DNA from: Gemmatimonadaceae bacterium
Lineage (GTDB): Bacteria; Gemmatimonadota; Gemmatimonadetes; Gemmatimonadales; Gemmatimonadaceae
Assembly: GCA_045803545.1 (NCBI GenBank)
Contig: JBJMOW010000004.1
Coordinates: 640,001-704,000 of the forward strand
Length of the DNA: 64,000 nucleotides
Reading direction: 5' to 3'
The notes beneath the pieces were generated by a model that was not told where the DNA came from, ran no database searches, and was given only the letters and a program-made list of their open reading frames with translations. This document shows, in pieces, positions 25,889 to 35,548 of this stretch (within the stretch, counting starts at the first letter, position 1; the number at the start of each line of letters is the position of its first letter). The translations under genes and the position numbers were made by a program.

Positions 25889-28800
25889 CTAGAAACGCCA
25901 CTCTTTAATGAGGAATGCCCCAAACGCCGACGTCGTGTAAATGTTCTGATCCCGCTGCAAACTCGGCTCGCGCAGGATATAGCGTGTGTCGACGCCGGTC
26001 TCCAGCCGGTAACCCTGCAGCCCGCCGAAGCGATGCACGACTTGCACGCCAGGACGCTTCAGCGCTGATGGATCGAACGGAGATTTCAGCAGCACGAAGG
26101 TGTGCGATCTGATGTACTTGCCGAACTCGAACTGCGTCCCGCGCAGGAAATTCCCGACGTCGGTCTGCACATCGGCAGGTGTGATCGTAAAGACGTCGGC
26201 GCCAAGTGAGCGTGCCGCACTGCCGGCGACTTGATCCGCGACGACACCGAGCGCGATCCCGGCGAGCTGGCGGCTCGCCAGCGCTGCACCGGCGCCGACC
26301 AGATTCTGGCCGCTACCGCCGCTGCTCAGACCCGATCCCTCGAGCTGCAACAGCGAGCTCGACGACTGGCCAAACGCGAGATAACTCAGCAAGTCGCTCT
26401 GGGGTATAGGCGGCTGGGCGTCACTGGTCAACGAAATCGCCGGCGTGCGCAGCGTTCCGCCGACTATAATTTGGATGTTGAGCGCTTCGCGATTCGGCTG
26501 CTGCACGGTGTAGCCGGCGGTTCCCTGCAGCGTCGGATTGAGCTCGGTCGAATTGATGAAGGTTGCCGAACCGCGCTGGATTTTGAAGCGGCGCGTCAGG
26601 AACGCATACTCGCCGCGCTCGCTCAGCAGGACACCGTCGATCACCAGTGTCTGCTTGGCGCGATTGACGTGCACGCCCATCGGATCTTCGGTGTAGACCT
26701 CGATGTTGTATTCGCGCGAGCGCACGAAGACGTCACGATCGACACTGAGATTCACGTCCATCCGCAGCTTTGCGAACAACGGCGACTGGGCGGGGAATAT
26801 CTCACGATCTGCCATCACCGCGGTGTCCATCACATTGAACAGCGCTGGATCGCCGGCGCCAACGAGATTCTTGTTGGTCGAGGGCGGGATAGACAACACG
26901 CCGCCGCGCACTCTCACATCGCCCGTGACGTGCGCATCGTTGAACGGCCCCACCATCGCCAGGTTGGCGCGCAACACTATATTGCCACGCTCGTTGTGGA
27001 GCACCTCCGCGCCTGTGGTGACCAGGTGCAAATCGAAACTTGGCTGCGTCAGTGAGCCGAGCCCGATGCCGCCGGTGAGCAGGATCCGGCCCTTGCTGTT
27101 CGCGGCGATGGAATCGACGACGATGGTGTCGCCGAGCAGGCGCACTGACGCTTCGATCTGATTGAGATTGATTCCAGCCTGCACGACGTGCGCGTGACCC
27201 TCGTGCATCGCGAACTGCCCGGTGAGCTGCGGCTTGTTCAGAGTGCCGCTCACCTTGAAGTTGCTGGTCATCTTGCCCCGCAGATCGCTGACGAAATTGC
27301 CGAAGTACGACGGCAGCAGCTCCATCGGCAGACTGTCGGCAGTTACGTTGAGCGCGATCTGTCGATTGGTTGGGAAGCGCGATCCAGTTACGCCGGTGAG
27401 CGCGAGATTGATCGGGACCGTCCCTTCTGCAGTCAAAAATGGCTGGCCACCCGCGCGCATCGCCTCGGCGCGCCCGCTCAGCGTCTGATTCGCGTACTGC
27501 AGGGTGCCGTGCACTTCGGGCAATTCAGTGCCGTTGTAGAGAAGGTCAGTGGCGCCAAATGCGCCGCTGAATTGCGGATTCGCCAGCGTGCCTGTGCCGT
27601 GAACATTGAACGAAACCAGACCCGCGGCGTTGATGTCGCTCTGCGTCAGCGAGATGATGTCTTCGACGTTCACGTTGTCGACGGCGAGATCGAAGTTGGC
27701 GCTGCCCTGCTTGGGCAGGAATCCATTGACAAAGATCCGGCCGTTGCGTCCGTTGCGCAGCTCGAGACTGTCGACGTCGACGCCTGCCTGACCCCAGTGC
27801 AGCGCAGCAGCGTGAGTGCTGGCCCAGGTGCTGGTGTCGAACTGCAGACGAAGATCGTTGAGCTTCAGAGTGTTCCGAACCTTGTCGAGGGTGAACGCAG
27901 CATCAGCGGCATAGGTTCGCCCGTTGCTCTGGTCGACGGTCAGCGACAGCGTACCGTTCGGTTTGCCGTAGGTGAGCTTCCCGCGGACGCTGTCGAGATC
28001 GAAGCCCGCCGCGCGCACCGATAGCGCGCTCGCGTTCACTGATATCTGTGACTGTGGCGTGCGCGCGTTGATCCAGTCGTAGTCGGCCGTGAAGGACGCG
28101 ACGCTGTTGCCGCGCGCAATTACGTTGGTGCCGGACGCGGTTCCTTTCAGGCTGAAATTCTTGATGTTGCCAGTCGCGACGCCGTCGGCGCGTACCGATC
28201 CGGCGACGAGATCCTTCGGAATTCCCTGTGGTGTGTCGACCGCCGCGGTCGGATACGCGAGGCCGGTCACCGCTCTCTCAACTTCGGTCGCCTTCGCCTT
28301 GCGCGAAGAATCAGCGCGTGCCTGGGCGACTCTCGTCGACAAAATCCCTGGCCTCGGCTTCACCACGCCGGTGTCCTTTTGGCCAATCAGGCCGGCGAAG
28401 TTCTGGAGCGAGTCTACCGCGACGTGATAGCTCAAAGTGCCCGAGCGCTCGGGCGAAAGTCCGAACGTCCCTTTCGCTTCGACGATTCCCTGCGGCAGAT
28501 CGACCGCCAGCGTGTCGAACCGGGCGAGCCCGTTCGCCATCGTCACGTTGACGTTGGCGCGATCGACGCGAATGGTGTCGATCGTCGACGGAGCAACAGT
28601 CGCGATGAGCTGGGACTGCATCGTCGCTGGGTTGAAGCCGCGGCCGCGGAATGATCCAACCGCCGTCAAACGTGTTTGGGGGAATTTGGCGACGACGTAG
28701 TTCGCGTTGAATCCGCGCGTATCGAAGGTGAGGTTGTAGCCGGTCTCCCGACTGTACAGATCCATCGTGCCGCGCAGGTCGAGGTAACCGCCGTCGGCGA

Positions 28801-30472
28801 AAGTGAGCTGGGTGTTGAGCGCGAGATTGTTGGTATTCCCACGCGCTTTCAAAGGTCCGCTCGCAACGCCACGCAGGCCAACCGTCGGCATGAAGCGACC
28901 GAGCGTTGCCAGCGCCAGCGGATGCATTCGAGCGTCGATGTCCCAATAGCCGACGGCGCCGTTGCGGAATGATGCGCGACCAGTCGCACGCGTTAGAGCA
29001 CCGCGATCGACGTGGGTTACATCACCGACGGCCGTCATGATCGCCGTGCTCGACCCGTTGAGCGTCATCGTGCCGGACAGCGTTCCCTGGAGCTGTCGCG
29101 GTATCGTCGGAATGATCGCGCGCGCGAGATTGATCTCGAGCGGCTTCATCGTCACGTGGAGATTGCTGGCGGTGAACACAGTGCCGAAGAGGCCCATCAC
29201 GCCGTTGCCGACAAGGTGGCTGCGCCCCGACTGCGCGTCGTCGACCACGACATCTCCATTGATGCGCAGGGCGTGTTGCCCGCCATCAAACGCCGCTCGG
29301 CCGGTGAGAATCAGCGGCCGAGGGAAAGTCAGAGCAGGGAACATCCTGTGGAGCAGGCGGGTGTCGAGATTTGCGAAGCTGAGATTCGCATCCTTGTACG
29401 AGATCGTATCGCCGATCGTCGCCTGGATCTTACCGGCGACGTGCGATCGCTCGACGTTCATGTCCATGTTGGCAATGGTGTAGACGCTCTTCTTGCCGGT
29501 CCAATCGAGACCCAAATCGAGCTTGCCGTTGCCACTCTCCGGGAGCGTCACCATCGCCCAGCGAATATCGGCCGGGTTCACCGGATCGCCGTGCAGCTTC
29601 AGATGCAGATCGCCGTTGGTGAGCAGGTATCTGCCATCGCCGGTGAGCTTGGTCTGCGGGAACGCGGCGCGCGCACCTTTCCACCACAATGAATCGCCCG
29701 TGAATAAGAAATTGCCGGTGAGGCCGCGCACATCGGCCAACGGTGGCCGGAATGGCGCCGCGATCATCTTCAGCGCAGAGACATCGACTTCGCGATAGCT
29801 GTAGGCGGGATCCTCGAGACGAACGAGCGGGAAAATCCCGTCGATCTTGTGGAACGCGAATTCCTTCTGATAACCGCCCGGCACCGCAAAAATCTTGAGT
29901 CTGCCTTCGGGGCCGAGTGCCTTGCGAGCTTCGTCCTTCTGCTTGGCGGCGGTGATGTTCGGATCGGGCTGCCACGGCGCGCGCACAGTCAAGTCGCCCT
30001 GCTGCACCGTCACATCGCTGAATTTGATCCAGGTGCCCCAGCCGGTTTTCCTGGGACCCGTCGGCGTCGTCGTGTCGCGTGGAAAAATTCTCTCGTAATT
30101 CCATTTCGTGTCGTTGGGCCGCTTCTCGAGCACGATGATCGGATTGACGAGTTTCACCTGGCGGAAATCGATGCGCTTGCCGCGAATCGTGCTGAGCGGA
30201 CTGTAGCGCGCCCACGCTTCTCCGACCTTGATGAAGGGACGGTGCGCGCTGTCGGTGATCACCACGTCGTGCAGCGTAAATCCCTTCAGCAGATTGCCCG
30301 TCACGCTGCCGATGTGCACGAGTCCGTGACTGTTTCGCTGAATCAATCCTTCGACGTAGCGACGGACCCGCTCGCGTCCCCAGTTGGTGTTGGTGACGAG
30401 GAAAACGCCACCGACGAGCAACAACACCACCACTACCAGGGCGGTGATTGCGATCAGGATCCGCCTACGCAT
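25889..30472 (-). CDS. tamB: TamB/AsmA-like translocation and assembly module protein
   Basis: 1527 aa, N-terminal TM anchor, beta-rich repeats, C-terminal EWRF; adjacent to an Omp85 gene. Confidence 0.85.
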   Translation of the reverse strand: MRRRILIAITALVVVVLLLVGGVFLVTNTNWGRERVRRYVEGLIQRNSHGLVHIGSVTGNLLKGFTLHDVVITDSAHRPFIKVGEAWARYSPLSTIRGKRIDFRQVKLVNPIIVLEKRPNDTKWNYERIFPRDTTTPTGPRKTGWGTWIKFSDVTVQQGDLTVRAPWQPDPNITAAKQKDEARKALGPEGRLKIFAVPGGYQKEFAFHKIDGIFPLVRLEDPAYSYREVDVSALKMIAAPFRPPLADVRGLTGNFLFTGDSLWWKGARAAFPQTKLTGDGRYLLTNGDLHLKLHGDPVNPADIRWAMVTLPESGNGKLDLGLDWTGKKSVYTIANMDMNVERSHVAGKIQATIGDTISYKDANLSFANLDTRLLHRMFPALTFPRPLILTGRAAFDGGQHALRINGDVVVDDAQSGRSHLVGNGVMGLFGTVFTASNLHVTMKPLEINLARAIIPTIPRQLQGTLSGTMTLNGSSTAIMTAVGDVTHVDRGALTRATGRASFRNGAVGYWDIDARMHPLALATLGRFMPTVGLRGVASGPLKARGNTNNLALNTQLTFADGGYLDLRGTMDLYSRETGYNLTFDTRGFNANYVVAKFPQTRLTAVGSFRGRGFNPATMQSQLIATVAPSTIDTIRVDRANVNVTMANGLARFDTLAVDLPQGIVEAKGTFGLSPERSGTLSYHVAVDSLQNFAGLIGQKDTGVVKPRPGILSTRVAQARADSSRKAKATEVERAVTGLAYPTAAVDTPQGIPKDLVAGSVRADGVATGNIKNFSLKGTASGTNVIARGNSVASFTADYDWINARTPQSQISVNASALSVRAAGFDLDSVRGKLTYGKPNGTLSLTVDQSNGRTYAADAAFTLDKVRNTLKLNDLRLQFDTSTWASTHAAALHWGQAGVDVDSLELRNGRNGRIFVNGFLPKQGSANFDLAVDNVNVEDIISLTQSDINAAGLVSFNVHGTGTLANPQFSGAFGATDLLYNGTELPEVHGTLQYANQTLSGRAEAMRAGGQPFLTAEGTVPINLALTGVTGSRFPTNRQIALNVTADSLPMELLPSYFGNFVSDLRGKMTSNFKVSGTLNKPQLTGQFAMHEGHAHVVQAGINLNQIEASVRLLGDTIVVDSIAANSKGRILLTGGIGLGSLTQPSFDLHLVTTGAEVLHNERGNIVLRANLAMVGPFNDAHVTGDVRVRGGVLSIPPSTNKNLVGAGDPALFNVMDTAVMADREIFPAQSPLFAKLRMDVNLSVDRDVFVRSREYNIEVYTEDPMGVHVNRAKQTLVIDGVLLSERGEYAFLTRRFKIQRGSATFINSTELNPTLQGTAGYTVQQPNREALNIQIIVGGTLRTPAISLTSDAQPPIPQSDLLSYLAFGQSSSSLLQLEGSGLSSGGSGQNLVGAGAALASRQLAGIALGVVADQVAGSAARSLGADVFTITPADVQTDVGNFLRGTQFEFGKYIRSHTFVLLKSPFDPSALKRPGVQVVHRFGGLQGYRLETGVDTRYILREPSLQRDQNIYTTSAFGAFLIKEWRF

Positions 30473-32916
30473 TAGAACGCTTCGCCGATCGACAGGTGGA
30501 GCACCATCCGGTTGAGGATGCCGCCGCTGGTAGGCGAATAGGTGCGCCGCTGTTGTAGTCTGACGAGCGTCCTTTGGCCATTAACAATGCTTTCCGTGAT
30601 GACCGGCAGTGACTCACTGCGGCCCGGGTTGACCCCTATATCGGCACGGATTGGGCCTACCGGAGATTTGTACCTGAAGCCAAAACCCGGGGTTATGGCT
30701 GTCTTTCGGCGGGGAAGGTCGGCCGTCGTTCTTTGACTCACGATTCCAGCATCGACGAACGCAGCGCCGGCGAGATCGCGCCAAACCGGGAAGCGCGCCT
30801 CCACACTCCCTTCCACCACGAAATTTCCACCGAGTGGCCTCGGCTCGAAATCGCGATCCTTGAGATTTCCCGCCGTCGGATCGCACTGCGTCACGTCGGC
30901 GCCGCTGGTGCACGCGACGTTGAGCGAATCGTGCGCTTGCAGCGTTGCGATTGGAATGGTGAGCACGCGCGGGCCGAGCTGATTCTCGCCATACCCGCGT
31001 ACCGAGCTGGCGCCGCCGGCGTAAAAGCGTTTGCGGGGATGCAGCACGCCGTCGCCCAATCCGGCTGCGATGCCAACTGCTTGCGCGGTGCTGCCGAGTG
31101 GATGAACCCAGCCCGCGCGGATGTGTGCGGCGAACGAGCCGCGCTTCCGAATCTGAAAGTACGAAGCACCATCAGCCGTCGCGCGATTGTAGCGGAAATC
31201 GGATGCAGTGAAGCCCGACGCGTGCTCGATACTGCCGTTGGTGCGATAGCCGCGATTGGGCGAGAACGGATCGTTGCTGCGATCGAGACCGGCGGTGATC
31301 GTGATCGGTGACAGCTTCTGATTTCCGCGCAGCGCTTCGAGCGTCGGCGCATCGCAGACGCCGAAGTTGATGCAGAAGTAGACGTCGCCGGCGTCGACCT
31401 TGCTGATCTCGAATCGGTAGTTGATGCTGAGCGGCGCGCGCTCGGTCATCTCGCGCGTGAAGGTGAACGAGCTGCCGTAGCCGCGATCGATGTAGATGCC
31501 CGGAGCGCTGCGACGATGCGTGAAGATGCCCGCCGAGAGCGTGTTGTGCGGTGAGCCGAACCAGGGCTGGGTGAGGTCCGCGCTCGCGTTATAGGTCGGG
31601 ACGTAGTAGCGCGCGAGCGTTCCGGTGCTGCCGACGGTTGCGTTCCGAAAGACGCCGCGGCCGTTTAGCGATTTGGCGAACAGATTTCCGACGACTCCCA
31701 GAAGGTCGAGCCGTCGCGCCCCGCCGCGGAAATTGTAGCTGGTGAACTTCGTCTCGACCTGACCGAAATCAATGGTGTTGAAGCCCGCACTGATGCGCGC
31801 TTCGTGGAACGGCGCTTCGGTGAGATCGATCACGACGATCTTGGCCGAATCCGGGGCCGAGATGTCGATCGGCGGCCGCGGCTCGATCGATGCGCGCCGG
31901 AACAGGTTCGATTCGTAGAGCGCGCGCTGGCTGCGCAGCATCTCCGATCGTTTGAAGATGTCGCCGATGTGGAAGGTCAGCGATTTGAGAATGGTGCGCG
32001 AATCGACATCGTCGTTGCCCTTGATGACGATATCTTCGACCGTCGTCTTGTACTTCGGAATCAGGGTGAATCGCACCTGCGCCGTATGCGACGCGCTGTC
32101 GATCACCGTCGCCGTATCCACTTCGGCGTCAGCGTATCCCTTGTCGAACATCCGCGCCTGCAGATTGAAGCGCGACGAATCGAGCTTGATCAGGTTGAGC
32201 GGGCCATTCTTGCCGAGTGCGATGCGATCGTCGATCTCGCGCTGGGTGAGGACTGTGGTGTCCTGATTGACGACGATGTCGGAGACGACGGTGGCTGGAC
32301 CTTCGTTGATGGTGAAGGTGACGCCGACCTGGTTTTTGCCGCGCGGAACAACCGCGGTATCTACTTCAGTCTCGCGATATCCGCGCTTCCAGTAGTAGAC
32401 GCGCATGCGCAGCACGTCACGGTGCAGCTCCTGGTGATCGAGATACTCGCGGGTGTAGAAGTATTTCGATTTGCTGATCCAGCAGAACGGCTTGAGGATG
32501 AAGCTGTTGCAGTACGAAGCCGTGGTGTAAATGTTGTTTCGGAGGTCGTCCTGCCGGACGACTTTCACGCCCTTGAGCGTGAGGTTGACGACCTCGGGAT
32601 GAGGCGAGGGTGCGGCGGTGAGTTTTTTGGGCGGGACGGTTGGTGGCCGCGGAGTGTCGACCGCCTGGGAAGTCAGTAGAGCGGGAAGGAGTGCTGCGCC
32701 TAGAAGGAGGGAAGCGGGAAGCGGGAAGCGGGAAGAGGGGACTGCGAAACGGAAACTCCGAACGCGAGCCGCTTCCGGCTTCCGGCTTCCCGCTTCCCCC
32801 CTATAGGCCCTCGAGCAACGCGTCGTTGCTAGGAGTAGCAGCGATGCGTTTGATAAGCCATTCCATAGCCGAACTACTCGGCATCTGTTGTAAGCCGCGC
32901 CTAAGCGTGTAAACAT
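30472..32916 (-). CDS. Omp85/BamA-TamA family outer membrane protein (start uncertain)
   Basis: POTRA-like segments, FYAGGASSVRGY, SPVGPIRAD, terminal IGEAF; the only upstream in-frame ATG I found lies inside rho. Confidence 0.85.
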   Translation of the reverse strand: MFTRLGAAYNRCRVVRLWNGLSNASLLLLATTRCSRAYRGEAGSRKPEAARVRSFRFAVPSSRFPLPASLLLGAALLPALLTSQAVDTPRPPTVPPKKLTAAPSPHPEVVNLTLKGVKVVRQDDLRNNIYTTASYCNSFILKPFCWISKSKYFYTREYLDHQELHRDVLRMRVYYWKRGYRETEVDTAVVPRGKNQVGVTFTINEGPATVVSDIVVNQDTTVLTQREIDDRIALGKNGPLNLIKLDSSRFNLQARMFDKGYADAEVDTATVIDSASHTAQVRFTLIPKYKTTVEDIVIKGNDDVDSRTILKSLTFHIGDIFKRSEMLRSQRALYESNLFRRASIEPRPPIDISAPDSAKIVVIDLTEAPFHEARISAGFNTIDFGQVETKFTSYNFRGGARRLDLLGVVGNLFAKSLNGRGVFRNATVGSTGTLARYYVPTYNASADLTQPWFGSPHNTLSAGIFTHRRSAPGIYIDRGYGSSFTFTREMTERAPLSINYRFEISKVDAGDVYFCINFGVCDAPTLEALRGNQKLSPITITAGLDRSNDPFSPNRGYRTNGSIEHASGFTASDFRYNRATADGASYFQIRKRGSFAAHIRAGWVHPLGSTAQAVGIAAGLGDGVLHPRKRFYAGGASSVRGYGENQLGPRVLTIPIATLQAHDSLNVACTSGADVTQCDPTAGNLKDRDFEPRPLGGNFVVEGSVEARFPVWRDLAGAAFVDAGIVSQRTTADLPRRKTAITPGFGFRYKSPVGPIRADIGVNPGRSESLPVITESIVNGQRTLVRLQQRRTYSPTSGGILNRMVLHLSIGEAF

Positions 32917-34462
32917 GCTCTAGCTGATCAGGACGGAAGAGCTTGTCTTCACGACGCGTGCCGCTGGTCGCGACATCGATAGCGGGGAAGATGCGTTTCT
33001 CCGATAACGAGCGATCCAGCTTGATTTCGCAGTTGCCGGTACCCTTGAATTCTTCAAAAATCACGTCGTCCATGCGCGAGCCGGTCTCTACCAGCGCGGT
33101 GGCGATAATTGTGAGCGATCCACCGCCGTGTTCAGGGGCGACCGAGCGCGCCGAGCCAAAGAAGGCCTTGGGACGCGCCATCGCGGACGAATCGAGACCG
33201 CCGGACAAGGTGCGTCCGGTGCCGCGCTCGACCGTGTTATATGCACGTGCCATGCGCGTAATCGAGTCAAGAACGATTACAACGTCCTTACCAAGCTCGA
33301 CGAGGCGACGAGCGCGCTCCAGAACCATCTCGGTGACGTCGGTGTGGCGCACCGCCGGCATATCGAAACTGGAGGCGACGACCTCGCCGTAACCCCAGGT
33401 AATCATCTCGCTCACTTCCTCGGGCCGCTCGTCGACGAGGAGGATCAAGAGAACTGCCTGTGGGTGATTGATGGCGACGCCTTCGACGATTGCCTGCAGC
33501 AACATCGTCTTACCAGCGCGTGCCGGAGCGACGATGAGTGCGCGCTGGCCGTAGCCGATTGGTGCGATGAGATCGATCGCGCGGCGGGTGAGTTCGGGTC
33601 CGCCCTTGGCTGGGCGTCCTGTCTCGAGCTTGAGTTTTCTCTCGGGATACGAAGCGATCAGTGAGCCGAAATCAGGACGGCGCGCGGCCGATTCGGGATC
33701 CTCGTTGTTGATTTTCTGGACATCGACGACGACGATACGATTGCGATGGTCGTGTCCGGTTGTCGCTGCGATCTGATCGCCGCGACGAAGTGTATACTGG
33801 CGAATGAGCTGGATCGGCACGTAGGCATCGCCGGGCTCGGCGAGGTAGCTAAAACCAGCGCGGCGGATGAATCCGCCTTCGCGCTGCGGATCGAACCAAC
33901 CGATCGTCTCGCCGTCCGGAACTATGGGAGCGAGTGGCGCACGCGACTCATTTCGCTCAGCGCGTTGAGCGCCGCCCTGCTGTCCACCGCCGCCTTGACC
34001 CTGACCGCCGCCACCGCCGCCACGCTGTCTGCGTCCGCGCTGATTGCGGCCGCGACGTCCGTTGTGGCGGTTGTCGCGATTGCCTTCACGCTGATGTTGT
34101 CCCTGGCCACCGCCACCGCTCTGGTGGCGTGGATTGTATTGCGATTGCTGTTGTGATTGAGTGCCGGTGTTTTCGTCGCCGTTGCCGCTCACTGGCGGCG
34201 CACCTGAATCATCGGTGTTGTCCACGTCGGACTGCGACGATGGTGGTGTCGATGGTGTAGTGGGAATTACTGGAGAGGTCATGTTGTCGCGGGCATCAGG
34301 TAGGTCTGCCGCGTCGGAGGGAGGGGTTGAGCTGGGGTTGGATGAATCCATATCCAGATACGGGTCTGCATCGCCGGGAGATTCGGCGAAGGGAGTATGC
34401 GGTTGATGACCGGACGGACGGGACCTCCGGCCGCGACGAAAAGGACGTCGGCGTTCGCTCAT
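32801..34462 (-). CDS. rho: Transcription termination factor Rho with long low-complexity N-terminus
   Basis: APIGYGQR, GKT Walker A, DERPEEV, FEEFKGTGN. Confidence 0.96.
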   Translation of the reverse strand: MSERRRPFRRGRRSRPSGHQPHTPFAESPGDADPYLDMDSSNPSSTPPSDAADLPDARDNMTSPVIPTTPSTPPSSQSDVDNTDDSGAPPVSGNGDENTGTQSQQQSQYNPRHQSGGGGQGQHQREGNRDNRHNGRRGRNQRGRRQRGGGGGGQGQGGGGQQGGAQRAERNESRAPLAPIVPDGETIGWFDPQREGGFIRRAGFSYLAEPGDAYVPIQLIRQYTLRRGDQIAATTGHDHRNRIVVVDVQKINNEDPESAARRPDFGSLIASYPERKLKLETGRPAKGGPELTRRAIDLIAPIGYGQRALIVAPARAGKTMLLQAIVEGVAINHPQAVLLILLVDERPEEVSEMITWGYGEVVASSFDMPAVRHTDVTEMVLERARRLVELGKDVVIVLDSITRMARAYNTVERGTGRTLSGGLDSSAMARPKAFFGSARSVAPEHGGGSLTIIATALVETGSRMDDVIFEEFKGTGNCEIKLDRSLSEKRIFPAIDVATSGTRREDKLFRPDQLEHVYTLRRGLQQMPSSSAMEWLIKRIAATPSNDALLEGL

Positions 34463-34668
34463 GAATTGTGGTGTGGCTGAGACTTAGTGCTGCTCGAATG
34501 GCTCACGCGTTTCGCGGTCTGAATTCACGCGAAGATCGGAACCGAATTTTGTAAGGAATTGCGCGCTGCGAGAGCTGCGCTGTGTGCCGAATGGTACTAA
34601 CTGATGGACTGAAAGTCCAGCAATGACTAAATGCTAGGGTGTGGTGCTTGGTCTGTCCAGTGTTAATT

Positions 34669-34735
34669 GTCTCGGCGTCGAGACCTTGTGCGTCTCGGCG
34701 TAGAGACCTTGTGCGTCTCGGCGTAGAGACCTTGT
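34669..34735. repeat. 23-bp tandem repeat, about 3 copies
   Basis: GTCTCGGCGT(C/A)GAGACCTTGTGC; each unit contains GTCTC-N6-GAGAC. Confidence 0.85.
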
Positions 34736-34746
34736 CGCGATTCAGA

Positions 34747-34780
34747 CATCCACAATACAAAAGCCGGGAGCCACCAGCTT
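34747..34780 (-). repeat. REP-like palindromic element, copy B (inverted)
   Basis: Reverse complement matches 25824-25857. Confidence 0.65.
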
Positions 34781-34858
34781 AGGGAGCTCTTAGCTGCGGA
34801 GCTAAGCTTTAGATTGCGCGCTGAACCCAGACTCACCGAACCTACTTCTCCTGCTTGA

Positions 34859-35326
34859 ATGACTGTACAAGATGCGCAGAGTAACGCTCCGGATCTGATC
34901 GATCCGTTACCGGCACTGGAGAGCGCGGTTGCTGAGCGGCCAGACGATGCGAAAGCGTTGGTTGCACTCGCGAATCATTATTGGTTGATCGGTACGGGTC
35001 CGGAGCCGGTTGCTGATCTTGCGTCACGCGCGATCGCGATCGACCCCGACAACCGCGGCGCCTGGCATCTCTGGGCGCTCGCCGAGTCCGATCCGCGCCA
35101 GCGTATGGCGCGTTGGCAGCAAGTCTCGCAACGCTTCCCCGCGGATCTGCTCGCTAAGGCGAACCTCGCCGACAACGCCGCGAGTCTGGCCGGCGCGGAG
35201 CACGACTATGAAGCCGTTGATCTAGCGATCGCTACGTACAAGGAATTGCTCGCCGTGAGCGACCGCGCCGACCAGCGCGCAGCGCTCGAGAAAGCGATTA
35301 CAACTCTCGAAGGCTGGCATTTCTAG
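34859..35326 (+). CDS. TPR-like helical protein
   Basis: PDDAKALVALA, AIAIDPDN patterns. Confidence 0.7.
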   Translation: MTVQDAQSNAPDLIDPLPALESAVAERPDDAKALVALANHYWLIGTGPEPVADLASRAIAIDPDNRGAWHLWALAESDPRQRMARWQQVSQRFPADLLAKANLADNAASLAGAEHDYEAVDLAIATYKELLAVSDRADQRAALEKAITTLEGWHF

Positions 35327-35380
35327 TTCGTCGCGCACCGCCGCGGCGACACGTTTCTGCGGTGACCACGATAGTTGTGG

Positions 35381-35548
35381 AGGGAGGCTGAGAGGTCCTC
35401 TAAGCGGCCGTTACAGTGAGCGCGTGGAGGAGACCCGCGAGTGAGCAGAGCGAACGAGCGCAGTTAGGGGCTCCATGCTGCCCGCACGCGGGCGCCCGGC
35501 GAACGTGGCCGCGTGAGGAACTCCTCAGCCGACCGACGACACAGATCT
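35381..35548 (-). repeat. Long intergenic hairpin element (distant family member)
   Basis: GGCTGAG(A)GGTCCTC...GAGGAACTCCTCAGCC arms; ATCTGTG...GGTCGG leader similar to the other copies. Confidence 0.5.

Noticed and set aside
34669..34735. 23-bp palindromic repeat as a mini-CRISPR
   Set aside because: Units are contiguous with no spacers
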